Shown piece after piece: positions 1 through 13,506 of a stretch of DNA of 64,000 bases (its first letter is position 1; each line of letters begins with the position of its first letter). Location of the stretch: contig OX597819.1 in the NCBI GenBank assembly GCA_951406725.2, positions 83,080,001 through 83,144,000 of the forward strand, in the 5' to 3' direction. A program made the translations under genes and the position numbers. Under the pieces are notes generated by a model. That model saw only the letters and a program-made list of their open reading frames with translations, did no database searches and was not told where the DNA came from. The stretch comes from Octopus vulgaris. Taxonomy: Eukaryota.

Positions 1-503
1 TTCTTTTTAAATTTCCACTCATGAAGCACCAAAAATGTAAATTTTCACTACAGTGACACCAAGAAAGTGAAAAGTCATGATACGTCATACGTCCTGATCT
101 TTTGCGTTCTTGGCACCTTTGTCTATAATACTAAATTTCTACTAGTGCTTCCTTTTCTTTCTCACAAATTATCCTGCTTTTATATGCTTTCTACCCTTCA
201 AGTTCAACATACACATGTTCTGGTTCAATCGCATTATGATTATGTAATTCTTTTTTTTCCTTTCTGACCTGGGCCTAAGGAAATTTTTCAGAAATCCTTG
301 ACATAGGTTGAACAGGTTGACAGGATCCAACAGGCCAGCAGAGTGTGTACAGCTCTGATAACAATTTTGGATATCCTGCTAATACCAACCACTGCGTACT
401 GGATTTTTTTTATGTCACTAGCACTAGTGAGGTGTAACCATCAGATTAACATAAAATTGTTTTTATTATAACTGGACATGAAAACAAACATTACTATTTG
501 TGC

Positions 504-534
<31 letters not shown>

Positions 535-595
535 TGTATGAATGCATGCATGTATGTTTGCATATATATGTATGTGTGTGCGTGTGAAGATAGAC

Positions 596-646
<51 letters not shown>

Positions 647-1293
647 CGCACACACATTTGAGGGAATCTCCCGTCGAAGAGGACGTCTGAGTGTTTAGGT
701 TTTGCTGAACAACCTGCATAAATGATTTGTTTATAGTGATTAAATGTATGTACTGTACATTAGCCCACTCCCTCCATCAAATTGACATTGCTTGTACATC
801 TGTATTATCTCTTTTATTCCCTGCAGCGAAGATGTTCAACAACCAGGTTTGAGAAACTGTATATCATATAAGTACTGAAATATGATCCTATAAACCGCTC
901 AAGGTAGTGTCCTGCTCAATGACTAGAACTAGTAAAAATGTAAAAGCGTACATGCAATATTGAAAAGAGGACAGTATGAAGTATCAGAAATTGTCGATAT
1001 TTATTTCTGTATTACTAAGTGTCTGGTTACTAAACATTCATGGTCTCCGCCGGATAGAAGAAAAATCATTTTTATTGTATTCGCTTTTCACTGGCAAAAT
1101 ATATGAAATTAGTAAATACAAAAACTGTTGATCAATTAACTATTTTTATTTTCTAACCTGTTATTTTATCTAATATTATAGGCAGCCTTATTCATGGCCA
1201 AGGTAACTCTGATACAATATATCAGAAAATAAAAAAAATTTAGTGAGTGGATTTGTCAATGGAAACTGTGATATGTGTGTGTGCGTGCGAATG

Positions 1294-1363
<70 letters not shown>

Positions 1364-1901
1364 CTTGTCGTGGCATCGTGTGATGATTGTGCTTCATTAA
1401 TTTCCAATTTTTCACTAAAAGTATGCCTGGTAATATTACCTTGCTTGGAAACAGGCGTAAAGGTTGCTAAAGAACCTCAGCCAATTCTGTCTATCCCATG
1501 CAAGCATGGGAAAATGGACATTAAAATGATGATGATGACGACAAAAAAGATAATGATGATAACGACTATGACGACGATGATAAAGCAAGTAAGGCTCAAT
1601 TTTTAACAGCAAACATTTTCCTTATAGTAAATATCAACATAAAAATACACGATCTAATGGGATACAGAAAAGACATCTTAAATTTCCCTCAAATAACATC
1701 CTATCATATTAAATTATGTAATCCTAAATAGCCTCAAAAATGGGAAGCTCGCAATTAGATTGCCTTTGATCATAGTTTTAAATTAATCAGGATTTACCTA
1801 AGGCTAAATATTCTCTCCTGAAGGAGAAAATTTGGACGAGTTCTCTTTCTTGTCTATACTTTCGTGACCTCACAAAACAAATTAATGATTTACACAATTA
1901 A

Positions 1902-2294
1902 TCTGTATATATATAAGGCAGAATGTGTGTGTATGTGTGTGTGTGTGTGTACGTGAATGTAATTTATGCACATCCACAAATTAGCACGCCTGTCGCTCAA
2001 ATTTTAAGAGGATATTCGTTACGATCCTAGCTGTATTTTCGTCAAATTATTTTCCCCCGAGGCACACGCGAATAGCGGTAAATAATTTTGAGCCATAACT
2101 TCTAACAATTTTCACGGCGGAGAAATCCGCCATTGTTTACAAAACATGAGTTAAGTCCCCTTCTAGCGATAGTGTAAAGAGAGGGAGGAGGGAGAGGGAG
2201 AGAGGGATAACAGATTTTTAAAATTTCCTCTTTTTAGCGAGTGATTGACAGACAGGGGTTGTTATGTATGTATGTATGTGTGAATGGCTTCAGT

Positions 2295-2326
<32 letters not shown>

Positions 2327-2412
2327 GACAAACACACACACACACACACACACACACGATCATTTATGCATACAAAACACATGCCTGCAATGTGTGTGTG
2401 TGTGTGTTGCCC

Positions 2413-2475
<63 letters not shown>

Positions 2476-3755
2476 ATATAAACGACATTCTCCATTTCTC
2501 CACAACTAATTTCAAAATTAGCTGAATCCGTTGCTCTACTTATAGCGATATATAGTTGGTCGTGCGTTAACATGGGAGTGAGCAGAGGTTACCAGAGCAA
2601 AAAAACCTACGTGTTGACTGTAGACACGCTCCTTCGCAAACGATCAGTTATTATAATGTTTCGAAAGTGTTCATGTTTTCGAAATGAGAGATAATGACTC
2701 CCACATCTCTGTGGGAGAAGGTAGGTCTCTCTATTCCACTTACAAAACTTACATCCGGGTGCCAAATTTGCATTTTGTAAACAATATTTCTAAACTGTTC
2801 ATGTTTTCGAAAGGAGAGATCTGACTCTCACATCTCTGCGGGAGAAGGTAGGCTTCTATATTCCTGTTACAAAACTTACGTTCGGGTGCTAAATTTGCTT
2901 CAATTGATGGTATTACTGGGGTAGGAGGTGGTGGTGGGACAGGGGCAGAGGCAAAGGCGTATGCGATAGGTATACGTACCTATATGTTTGTGTGTGTATG
3001 TGTTGCCCATATATATATACTTAGTTGTGATCTGAACATAACCGCTTCTCACACAGAGGATCGGGAGCCCTTTTGGGTGTTCTATTTTCCTTGCTGGAAA
3101 GTTTCCCAACCTATGGGCAAAGTGGGGTTACATGATGAGGTGGTGTTTTCAAAAGGGTTGACATATGCAACCTGATCACCTCTGCTGATCAAACTCCCAA
3201 CCCATGCGCTCCCGTCACGACACTGATTCTGCAGAATTGGGTTGGGTATGAAAACCAACTTTAAAGTATAAATATAGATGTTTTTGAATCAGCAATGTTC
3301 GGTTAAGTCCTATTTGGGGTGAAAAATCAATAAACTGATTCCTTATGGGGTTTTCCATTTAATCAGAATTTAAAAAATCGATAAACCGATTCCTTATAGG
3401 ACTTCCCACTAAAATTGGCTACACCCCATTTTCAACCATAACGTCTAGCAATTTTGATGTATTTTGTTCAAACTTGATGCCAGCATTACTTAAAACTCAA
3501 TGGATCTATGAATACTTTAAGTTCTCCAAAAACGAAAAAACAAAAAAACAATCGATGAGGGGAAAAATCGATAAACCGATTCTTCATGGGATTTTCCAAT
3601 CAAATAGTCTGCAAAATTTCAGCCAAAAATTTACCAATTTCAACGGATTTCACTCAAATTTGACGTCGATGTTACTTAGTTTGCTTTGAAATATAGAGCT
3701 TGATTAGCTAAATAATCCTAACTTAATCTCGAGCAAAGCCGTTCTATACTGCTAG
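1902..3755 (+). mobile_element. Non-autonomous Helitron
   Basis: 5' A|TCTGTATATATATAA, 3' degenerate hairpin (ctcgagcaaagccg) then CTAG|T, inserted between A and T with no TSD. Internal antisense PIF1-helicase tip HDQLYIAISR at about 2480-2575. Confidence 0.75.
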
Positions 3756-3767
3756 TACCCTATAATT

Positions 3768-3958
3768 GTTTCTAATCTAGGTACAAGGCCTTGAAAATTT
3801 TGGGAGGAAGGGAGCTAGTCGATTACATCGACCCAAGTGCTTAACTGGTACTTATTTCATCGAACTCAAAAAGACGAAAGGCAAAGTCAACCTCGGAAAA
3901 ATTTTAACTCAGAACGTAGCTGCAGACGAGACCGCTTAGCATTTCGCCTGGCGTGCTA
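3768..3958 (-). mobile_element. SINE family A copy (5' truncated)
   Basis: Reverse complement matches the copies at 5131, 14780, 46938 and 55585 (gttctgagtt...aagtaccagtt...gtcgatgtaatcgact...ggccttgt). Confidence 0.75.
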
Positions 3959-3980
3959 CTGATTCATATACCTATACATA

Positions 3981-4880
<900 letters not shown>

Positions 4881-5130
4881 GACAACTGCTGTTTGTTTAT
4901 ATCTCCGTTATTTTGTAGTTCAGTAATATAGGTTTGATAGACAAAATGCCTGGATTTGAAAAATAACAAATTAAGTACCGTAGTCAGATTGCACATCTAA
5001 ACTTTTCAATGGTGTGCCCCAACATGGCCTCGATTTAACAAATGAAACAAGTAAGAATTTTATTTCTAATGAAACTGAAAGAATAACAATTTACTTAAAT
5101 GTTCAGATTTATCTTAACATATTCATTACC

Positions 5131-5583
5131 GAAGGCGGCGAACTGGTAGAATCGTTAGCACGCCGGACAAAATGCTTAGCAGCATTTCATCCGTCTTTAC
5201 GTTCTGATTTCAAACTCTGCCGATGTCGACTTTGCCTTTCATTTTCTCGCGGCCGATAAAATAAGTACAGAGGAACACCGGGCTCGATGTGACTGACTAA
5301 CCCGCCCGTGCCTAAAAAGTTTTGAGGACTTGTATCTATAATAGAAAGAAATATAGTCTTAACGCCCACGGAGGCTAGCTGGCAAAATAGTTTGCACGTC
5401 CGGTAAAATGCTACGCGACATTTTGTACATCTTTACATTTTAAGTTCAAAATAAGACTAAGGTCGACTTTTCCTTTCATTTTTTCGAGGTCGATAATACA
5501 AGTAACAATCGAGTACTGGGGTCGATGTAAGCGTCATACCCCTTCCCCCAAACTTGCTGTCCTTGTTCCAAATTTGAAAGCAA
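5131..5583 (+). mobile_element. Two tandem SINE family A copies (5131-5351, 5370-5583)
   Basis: Each has a ggcggcgarctggcagaa head, a B-box-like gttcaaat and the gtcgactttgcctttcat body. Confidence 0.75.
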
Positions 5584-6442
5584 TATATTCCTTATCGACA
5601 TGTTCAAACTTCTCTTTCATTATGGATTTTTTGTCAGTTTTATATACAAAATGATCCATTAAAGCTAGTAAAATATTTAGACATGTAATAACATGTTAAA
5701 TAATGATAGTTGAGCTGACTAAAGAGATGAAAATTTGACAAAACTCTATTAAAAATTAGCCTTTATATGGTTGCTAAATCTCCCTGAGATCATATTTTTC
5801 TATGTTAATAAGTGAAGCTGATTGTATAATGTAGTACAGGAAAACATGTCAGAAAAAATTAAGATGGCTATTGGTTGAGTGCCCTTAACCTTAAGTGTGC
5901 TCAACTGGAGATAACGGGGATAAAATGACAAACTTTATTAAAGAGACAAAACTGAAACATCTTTATAAATCGCTTCTGTACAATATCTGTGTGCATGTGT
6001 TTGTGTGCGTGAAAAAGTGAGAGAGACACAGACACAGAAACAAAGAAAGTGAGATGTTTGTGTGTGAGGGAAAATATATGTGCATGTAAGAGAGAGAATC
6101 TGTTGTGTATCTGTGAGAGAGAATGTGTCTGTGTGCGTATGTGGTACTGAGTGAGAGAGAATGGGGTGCGAGGAACAAAGAGAGTGGTTTATGAGTGTAG
6201 GCCATTCTTAGGAACAGCTTAAAAGATAAGTGAGGAAAAGTGATCCAATTTTATTAGTGTTTTATAATAAAAAATTGAAGATTGATGGAGTTGGACATAT
6301 ATACACTTATAACTTTATTATTTAATTATGGAACTTCCAGAAACATATACTTGTTATTCTGGTCCTTCATTTTTCGACAAACTGGAAAGTGTTAATATCC
6401 CTGATTGGGGATATTCTCTATTTCTGTATTCTCTAACTTCTC

Positions 6443-6521
6443 TGTCTCCGATGACGGAATACAATCTTTATTCAATACTATGATCCACATGCCTGGTTAT
6501 TCTAAAAACAGATGTAAGACA
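6443..6521 (+). ncRNA. Degenerate hammerhead-like motif
   Basis: TGTCT-CCGATGA-C-GGAATA...TATTCT-A-AAAA-CAGATG-TA-AGACA. Stems I and II pair; the core has U4C and G12A. Confidence 0.55.
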
Positions 6522-6619
6522 TTCTGTCTTTTATCATAACTACTTTGAACTATGTTTATATCAGTGGCTACTATATAACAAAATACTATATCGGTAAAAT
6601 TTATTTTTAAGTATATGAT

Positions 6620-7012
6620 TATAAAAATATGATTATAATTAAGGGCACTGGAATGCCAACACTGATACGTTGAAAGTAGATGTCAAATGTTTACAATCCA
6701 CTCGAAATTTGTTCTCTATTTACAACCCAAGGCTGAATGCGAGGTTATGAGCAAGAAGATATGTATATGTATTGTTCTGTTATATATTGTCGGTATATCT
6801 GTACTGAGGAGTGTAAAGTAATCTTTATTACAGAGCACGAAATCTTAAGATATAGGATTATCCGAAATCTGTAAATCTTCTTGCTCATTACCTTGCATTC
6901 GGCCTTGGGTTGTAAACAGAGAACAAATTTAGAGTGGATTGTAGACATTTGACATCTAGCGTATAGGCGTTGGCATTCCAGCGCCCTTAATCATAATTAT
7001 ATTTTCATAATT
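6620..7012. repeat. Foldback element: ~130-bp imperfect inverted arms (6631-6760 / 6875-6997) around a hammerhead-containing loop
   Basis: Arm ...ttacaacccaaggctgaatgcgaggttatgagcaagaagat pairs with atcttcttgctcattaccttgcattcggccttgggttgtaa... Confidence 0.85.
6797..6858 (+). ncRNA. Type I hammerhead ribozyme-like motif with canonical core
   Basis: ATCTGTA-CTGAGGA-GTG[22 nt]CAC-GAAA-TCTTAAGA-TA-TAGGAT. Palindromic stem III ATCTTAAGAT, AUA triplet, imperfect stem I. Confidence 0.7.
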
Positions 7013-7019
7013 ATGTACG

Positions 7020-7153
<134 letters not shown>

Positions 7154-8040
7154 GTATGTATGTATGTATGTATGTATGTATGTATGTATGTATGTATGTA
7201 TGTATAGTTAACAGATGAGATGCAGTGATGTTTATAGAAAGCACTTCGTAGTGCTCAAATGATTTGAACTTGCACTCCGAAATCGTTACCGAGGACCAAG
7301 CCTTCAGAATAAAGAGTACCTGCAGGAGGAATCCAGGTGAGCAGTCATGGAGATAGTGATGCAAACAAACGAATAAAACTGCTTGGATTACACACGCACG
7401 TACGCACACACATGTAAATAGAGAGAATGAGAGCAAAAACGTAAAACTTGCAGACGATGAATATTTAAGTATAAATATATAGATATTTATATATTAACAG
7501 AGTAAACTTAAACAGAGTACAAAGACACAGAAAATTAATGGGGAGAAGATATGGTGTTACAAATTCGACACCTCTTTCTAAGGGTTCAGAGTTACTTCGT
7601 GATATTGGCAGATGTAGTTCACAAAAGTATGTAACCAGTAATGGAAGCAAATAAACATGGGGTAAATCTGACCAAATGGTTAGGGTGTTGCATTTACAAT
7701 CGCAATATCGTGGTTTTCATTATCCAGACCGGCCGGACAGTGTGTTTTGTTCTTGAACAAAAAGCTTCGTTTCTTGTTGCTCCAGTTCATTCAGCTATAA
7801 ATGAATAACAAATTGCGTCCAATTTAGATGAAATTTTTGTAATCTCGGTTACTTATAACCCATGGAAACTAGGTAGCCAACGCTATGAGTCCTATGGATC
7901 TAGACAGCAATGTCCAGAGGACTTACTATATAAATAAATAGATAAACATTAAAAACAACAGAAGAAATTGCTTTGAGAACTTTATCATGAAAAAAGGTGC
8001 GTTATGCCAAACCTTGACAACAATATTAACATTTTTATCC

Positions 8041-8225
8041 TTTAATCCTAGATTTTCAAGCCTCGAGAGATGGTTTGAAGAGTTTAAAAAATCCAAGCTT
8101 TCTCATAATATCAAGTTGCAAAGCAAATGTGGATCAAGTGATAAGAAAACTACTTAAGAATTTATTCCACGTTTAAGATTCTTGCTAGACGGAAACAGTC
8201 TATTCTGGAAGAAAATGCAAAATAA
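8041..8225 (+). mobile_element. pogo/Tigger transposase fragment (inverted copy of 9148-9330)
   Basis: FSSLERWFEEFKK (CENP-B HTH GWF motif) followed by a degenerate DETxLFWK-like stretch. Confidence 0.6.
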
Positions 8226-8339
8226 TTTTTCTATCAAGAATCAAGAACAGAAAACCGTTATTTTTGGTGTGTTATGAAATAAAATGTTATTGGCTATGTT
8301 GCTTTCAGAATTCTGGATTAAGATACATTGTATGACTTT

Positions 8340-8669
8340 CATTTCCGGCGTACTTCTTTCTTTGGTTTGATTTGTGCTGATGTGTTGTCTTAATGTCCGA
8401 GTATAAATTTCTTGGTTCGTTGTTCCCCATTATCTATTAAGGATGGTAGATAATTTCTGTTATGAAGTATATACTTAAGTTCTTGAATGCGTATGTCGCA
8501 GATATTTTCATTAGATACAATTGTGCCGATTCTTTCTCGGACGGCACTATCTGAAAAGCAGATATTTAAAGTTCGTGACTTTTTAGTATATATTTGTCTG
8601 TATATAGTTTTAAATTTTCTTTTGTCAAGGTATGTATAAGAAGAAATTTGTCTTGGCAGTATTCCATTG

Positions 8670-8672
<3 letters not shown>
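8340..8672 (-). mobile_element. Penelope-like element RT C-terminal fragment
   Basis: ERIGTIVSNENICDIRIQELKYILHNRNYLPSLIDNG matches the PLE thumb pattern R(I)xxIxS...RLxEL...RxYP..LI. Confidence 0.6.
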
Positions 8673-8743
<71 letters not shown>

Positions 8744-8855
8744 ACACAGATCGATAAATAGACAGACAGACAGATAGACAGATAGATAGATCGAGAGAGA
8801 GACAGACAGACAGACAAACAGACAGATAGTCAGACAGACAGACAGATAGACAGAC

Positions 8856-8928
<73 letters not shown>

Positions 8929-9147
8929 TACACAGCATCGAAAAAAATTGTTAAGACCAGTATTACAAGTCATCCATAATCATTTACATCTTCGCCAGTA
9001 ATCTAGGTGGTATCTTTATTCAATCATCTTCTAGCACGTGAATTAGAACCCTACTTATTAATAATGGCTTCAAGAAATTGCTACCCAAAGCATCAGAGCC
9101 TGAGAATGTAATTTTATTTTTAGATACGGATTAATGCTTGTTTCGAA

Positions 9148-9700
9148 ATTATTTTGCATTTCTTCCAGAATAGACTGTTTCCATCTAGCGAGAATCTTAA
9201 ACGTGGAATAATTGTTAAGTAGTTTTCTTATCACTTGATTCACATTCGCTTTGCAACTTGATATTATGAGAAGGCTTCGACTTTTTAACTCTTCAAACCA
9301 TCCCTTATGACTTGAAAATCTAGTATTAAATGCTGCGATGTTGATTTGATTTAAGAATCAAACTACCTTTTGTCATTTAACAAAGCTGTCTCTTGGCAAT
9401 CTAACATCTGTACAAAATAATAGAGCTTTTCCACTTTTTCCATTACATTAATGTGGATGCATGTGTTTTGAACTTAGCGAAGATTCTGCAATTGTACTAG
9501 CATTGATTTTTTCTTCGTTTATTTTAAATATTCCAGCAGTTGATTTATTTAAATTAAATCGTTTCACAGTTTCTGTTGAACTATTTGAATTTTGAAGTTG
9601 ATTTCCTATTTTAATTTTCATTTCTAAAGAAATTGACCTTCTTGCCCGTTTTAGATTTCATTTTGGGAACCATTACCCCGTTTCGAAAATATTTAACAAA
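9148..9700 (-). mobile_element. pogo/Tigger N-terminal remnant
   Basis: MVPKMKSK...RFNLNKST (Psq HTH-like) and FSSHKGWFEELK, with stops. Confidence 0.6.
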
Positions 9701-10068
9701 ATGTAAAAAAATAAAATAAACGAAGTTGCTATTTAGCGGACGATCTATCCTACCATTGTAGGATAGATACAAGTTAAATGAAAAGAAAGGAAGAAACCGA
9801 AATAAAACTACGGGAAGACGAAATAGCATTTTAAAATGGTATGCGTAAATTAAGTATAGTATAATAAAGAATGAGCTGGTGGTTGAAAATGGCATCAAAG
9901 CATTTATCATTGTACAGATGTGCTAATTAATTAAATTAAACAGAAAAATCAGGAGAAAAAGCAGTTCAAAGCAGTTCTTTATAGATAGGTAGATAATTTG
10001 AAAGTTCACACTCAATTATCACGTATAAAAGCAAGAAAAATCCGAGTAACCCTTTGTAGTGGTTCTTC

Positions 10069-10139
<71 letters not shown>

Positions 10140-10140
<1 letters not shown>

Positions 10141-10656
10141 TAGCAGTATCGCCCGGCGTTGCTCGGGTTTGTAAGGGAAATAACTATATAAGCATTTTTA
10201 GAGAGTTACTTCCCTTATAGATGCCAATTCGGGCTTTCTTAGCCATTTCTGTTTTGGTGTCTTCAAGCTATGAAGTCGTTGTTCTAAAAGAACGCTGGTC
10301 TCCTTGACAACGCATTACGACGTTGATTTCCTTAAACTCCCTTCCCCACAGCTTCACGAGGGAGGGAAGAAGGGGGAGAAGCAAACACAGGTGCAGGTGT
10401 TTGAGCGTGGACGCCAACTCTGCCGCCATCGACACACGAAAAATTATGCATTAAAATGGAATAAAAAATGATGTTAAATTATTTTTAAAATCGTAGACTC
10501 ATCGTAGACGCGCGCTAATAGCCAGACGGGCTCGATATTAATCACGACTATAAGATACCCGAATTTGGTTAAACTGCACCGCAAAATGTGGGAGGAGTTA
10601 GGAATCTAAATCGAAGGGGACAGACACTCACACAACTACAGTTTTATATATATAGA
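10140..10656 (-). mobile_element. Non-autonomous Helitron with clean ends
   Basis: Minus strand reads TCTATATATATAAAAC...CCCGAGCAACGCCGGG-CGATACTG-CTAG|T: 5' TC, 3' GC hairpin and CTAG. Confidence 0.85.
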
Positions 10657-10674
10657 TAGATAGATATATATATA

Positions 10675-12461
10675 CTAGTATTATAACCCGATTTCATTCG
10701 GGTCTACTGGAGCCATATTCTAAAGATGAGGAATGCCTTTCAATTGAGCAAATTCAAAGTTGCTATGCAAATTCCCCAGCACTTTTAACATAGGTGTGCA
10801 AATTTTTACCTCAAACCGACCAAATTTACTAGCACTTTTGCCTTCACAACTGCTTGTGAGACAACGTCCACCCTTTTCACAAATATATAGCACTAGCAGA
10901 GAAACACGGCCTTGCTCGGAATTAAAATAGTTTATTATCGTTTTACTTGTTTCGTTATTGTAACCCGATTTCATTCGGGTCTACTCGGGCCACATTTTAA
11001 AATTTTTAAAAAACAAAAATTTTGTTAAAAATTGGTAATGAAAAAAAGCATGTGAAATGTTTAAACAGCCTTTGAAAATCAATTGGAGAAACCTCGCGGA
11101 TGCAGATGTGAAGGGCAAAGCATGACGGGGAAAATGCTGGAAAAAAACACAAAACACCAATCAGGTCTCTGCACAAAACTGAAATAGTATAATACGACTG
11201 CACTTACAATGTTTTGGATACAATACGTAGAAACACCCGACCTAATTTTGTGGGAATCAGTGTCGCGACGTGAACCCATGGGTTGGGAGTGTGACTGGCA
11301 GAGGTGCCCAGCGATGTGAAGAAGTTGGATATAGTTGGGCTAAGAAAACTGATAAACTGACAATGACTCCAGCGACAGGAAGAAGGTGGATAATACTGTT
11401 GGGCTAAAAATTGAGAAACTTACAATGACTCCAGCGACGGGAGAGTAATAACGGTAGGTTCAAAAGTGTTATCGCAGGGCCTCTTTGTAGACAACGTTCC
11501 TGGTGTTGCCCGGATTACCACAAATGAGATTGTGTGAACTACCGACACGGGAGCATCCGGCGTATAGTTACCGTGGGTAAATACCTGCTGTGTCAGATTT
11601 AAGCCAACTACTTGTAACGACTGTCCCTGTGCCTTGTTGATGCTCATTGCAAAGCATACCTTTACAGGAAACTGCCGTCGCGTACAGTTAAATGGCACGT
11701 CAGAGGGACTAAGACTCATGGCAATTAATAACTTTGTCACGCCAGCAGATGGTCCATTCAGAATGGTTGTCGTCAGGATTAAGATCCCAATTTTTTTGAT
11801 GATCAGAAGCGTACCTTCAGTCTAAGGTCATGAGTTAGAAGTCCGGGAGGTAGGGGGCCGGTGAGGAATTCAATAGGTGTGCAAATTTTCAGCTCAATCC
11901 GGCCACATTTACTAATACTTTTGCCTGCACAACTGCATATGAGACAACATCCGCCCTTTTCACAAATATATTTTAGAATATATATTGCACCAAGTGTCAA
12001 TTGCTACAAAGCATTCGTGAAGTAAAATTATGTAGCAACACCAAATGGCGGTGCCCCAGCAAGGCCACAGCCCGTGAGCTTAAACTAGATGAAATGAAAA
12101 AGATATCCGGCCTTGCTCGGGATTAAAATAGTTTATTATTGTTTTACTTGTTTCAGTATTGTAACCCGATTTCATTCGAGTCTACTCGGGTCTATCGCCG
12201 GAATTTTTGAACCATTCAAAATGTGAAAAATGTATCTCATCACACTCTATATGCAGATGCCATTTTTATTTGGAAAAAATGCAAAATGGCAGAAGCAAAC
12301 GCCCAATAAGTTTTAAGCAGCTGCAACAACAAAAAAGTGACCATTAAAAGTTATTTTGCTAAAATTTCTAAAACTTTTTGCATGCATTTGATGCCAAAGA
12401 GACTGAGAATCATGCACACTTGCATCTGTCAACGCTTTCTCCCTATAGATACAGACAGAGC

Positions 12462-12496
<35 letters not shown>

Positions 12497-12831
12497 GGTG
12501 GAAGAAAGAACGACAGAGAGACGGCGTAGAAAAAGCAGGAGAGATAGTGGAAGCTGTCAAACGTCGTTACAGACAGAAAGTGGAGGCAAAAGAGAATCGA
12601 GAGAGAAAGGATGGTAGCCGAAAGAGAGAAACGACAAACACTTGTCAAATTCCTTTTGAAAACGATGGATTTTGCCCTAGCGGCAACACCTTTCAATGGA
12701 AATTTGCCATGCATACACGCTAGCACGTTCCCCACAGGCGTGCAAATTTTCAGCTCAATCCGACCACATTAACTAACACTTTTTCCTGCACAACTGCACG
12801 TGAGACCTCCGCCCTTTTAATATAGAACAGA
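10675..12831 (-). mobile_element. Composite/tandem Helitron carrying a PIF1-like helicase fragment
   Basis: 3' CTAG at 10675 with an acccg/cgggt hairpin, 5' TC at 12831. Helicase motifs PIEFL..PPGL..HDLRLKV and RRQFPVKVCFAMSINKAQGQSLQVVGLNL..VFTHG at 11480-11880. End modules are repeated internally. Confidence 0.8.
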
Positions 12832-12838
12832 TATATAT

Positions 12839-12904
<66 letters not shown>

Positions 12905-13066
12905 CAAGAAAGTTAAAGCTTGTGAATCCAACCAACTAAGGGGTAATATCTATCCAATATACTGCTGCTAGAATAACCAATTATTAATACACAAGTGTAT
13001 TAATTGCAATTACGTTACCGAGTGTACTAAATGGGTGAAGGTAAAGAGATATTTTACCATTAATTT

Positions 13067-13374
13067 ATAGAGCAATAAGAAAATGGAGGGGATCAATAGG
13101 TGGTTCATCAACTTTTAGACATTATATTATGTCAATTTACTTATTTATGTACCAAAGCGACAAATACAAGAATATACATACATATATAACATATTATAAC
13201 ATATTATGCTTTAAATATAAAATATATTAATATATTTCATATGTAAAGCATAATATGTTATATATGGATGTATATTCTTGAATTTGTCATTTTAGTAAAT
13301 AAATAAATAAATTGATATAATATAATATCTAAAAGTTGATGAACCACCTATTGATCCTCTCCATTTTTTTATTG

Positions 13375-13380
<6 letters not shown>
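13067..13380. repeat. Long imperfect palindrome (~130-bp arms)
   Basis: aaatggaggggatcaataggtggttcatcaacttttaga... versus ...tctaaaagttgatgaaccacctattgatcctctccattt. Confidence 0.85.
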
Positions 13381-13430
<50 letters not shown>

Positions 13431-13473
13431 GCATAGATACATACATGCATACATACATACATACATACATACA

Positions 13474-13506
<33 letters not shown>

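Noticed and set aside
269-440. Possible minus-strand exon ending at AG|GTCAGA
   Set aside because: No frame is open across the region and no acceptor or partner exon was identified.
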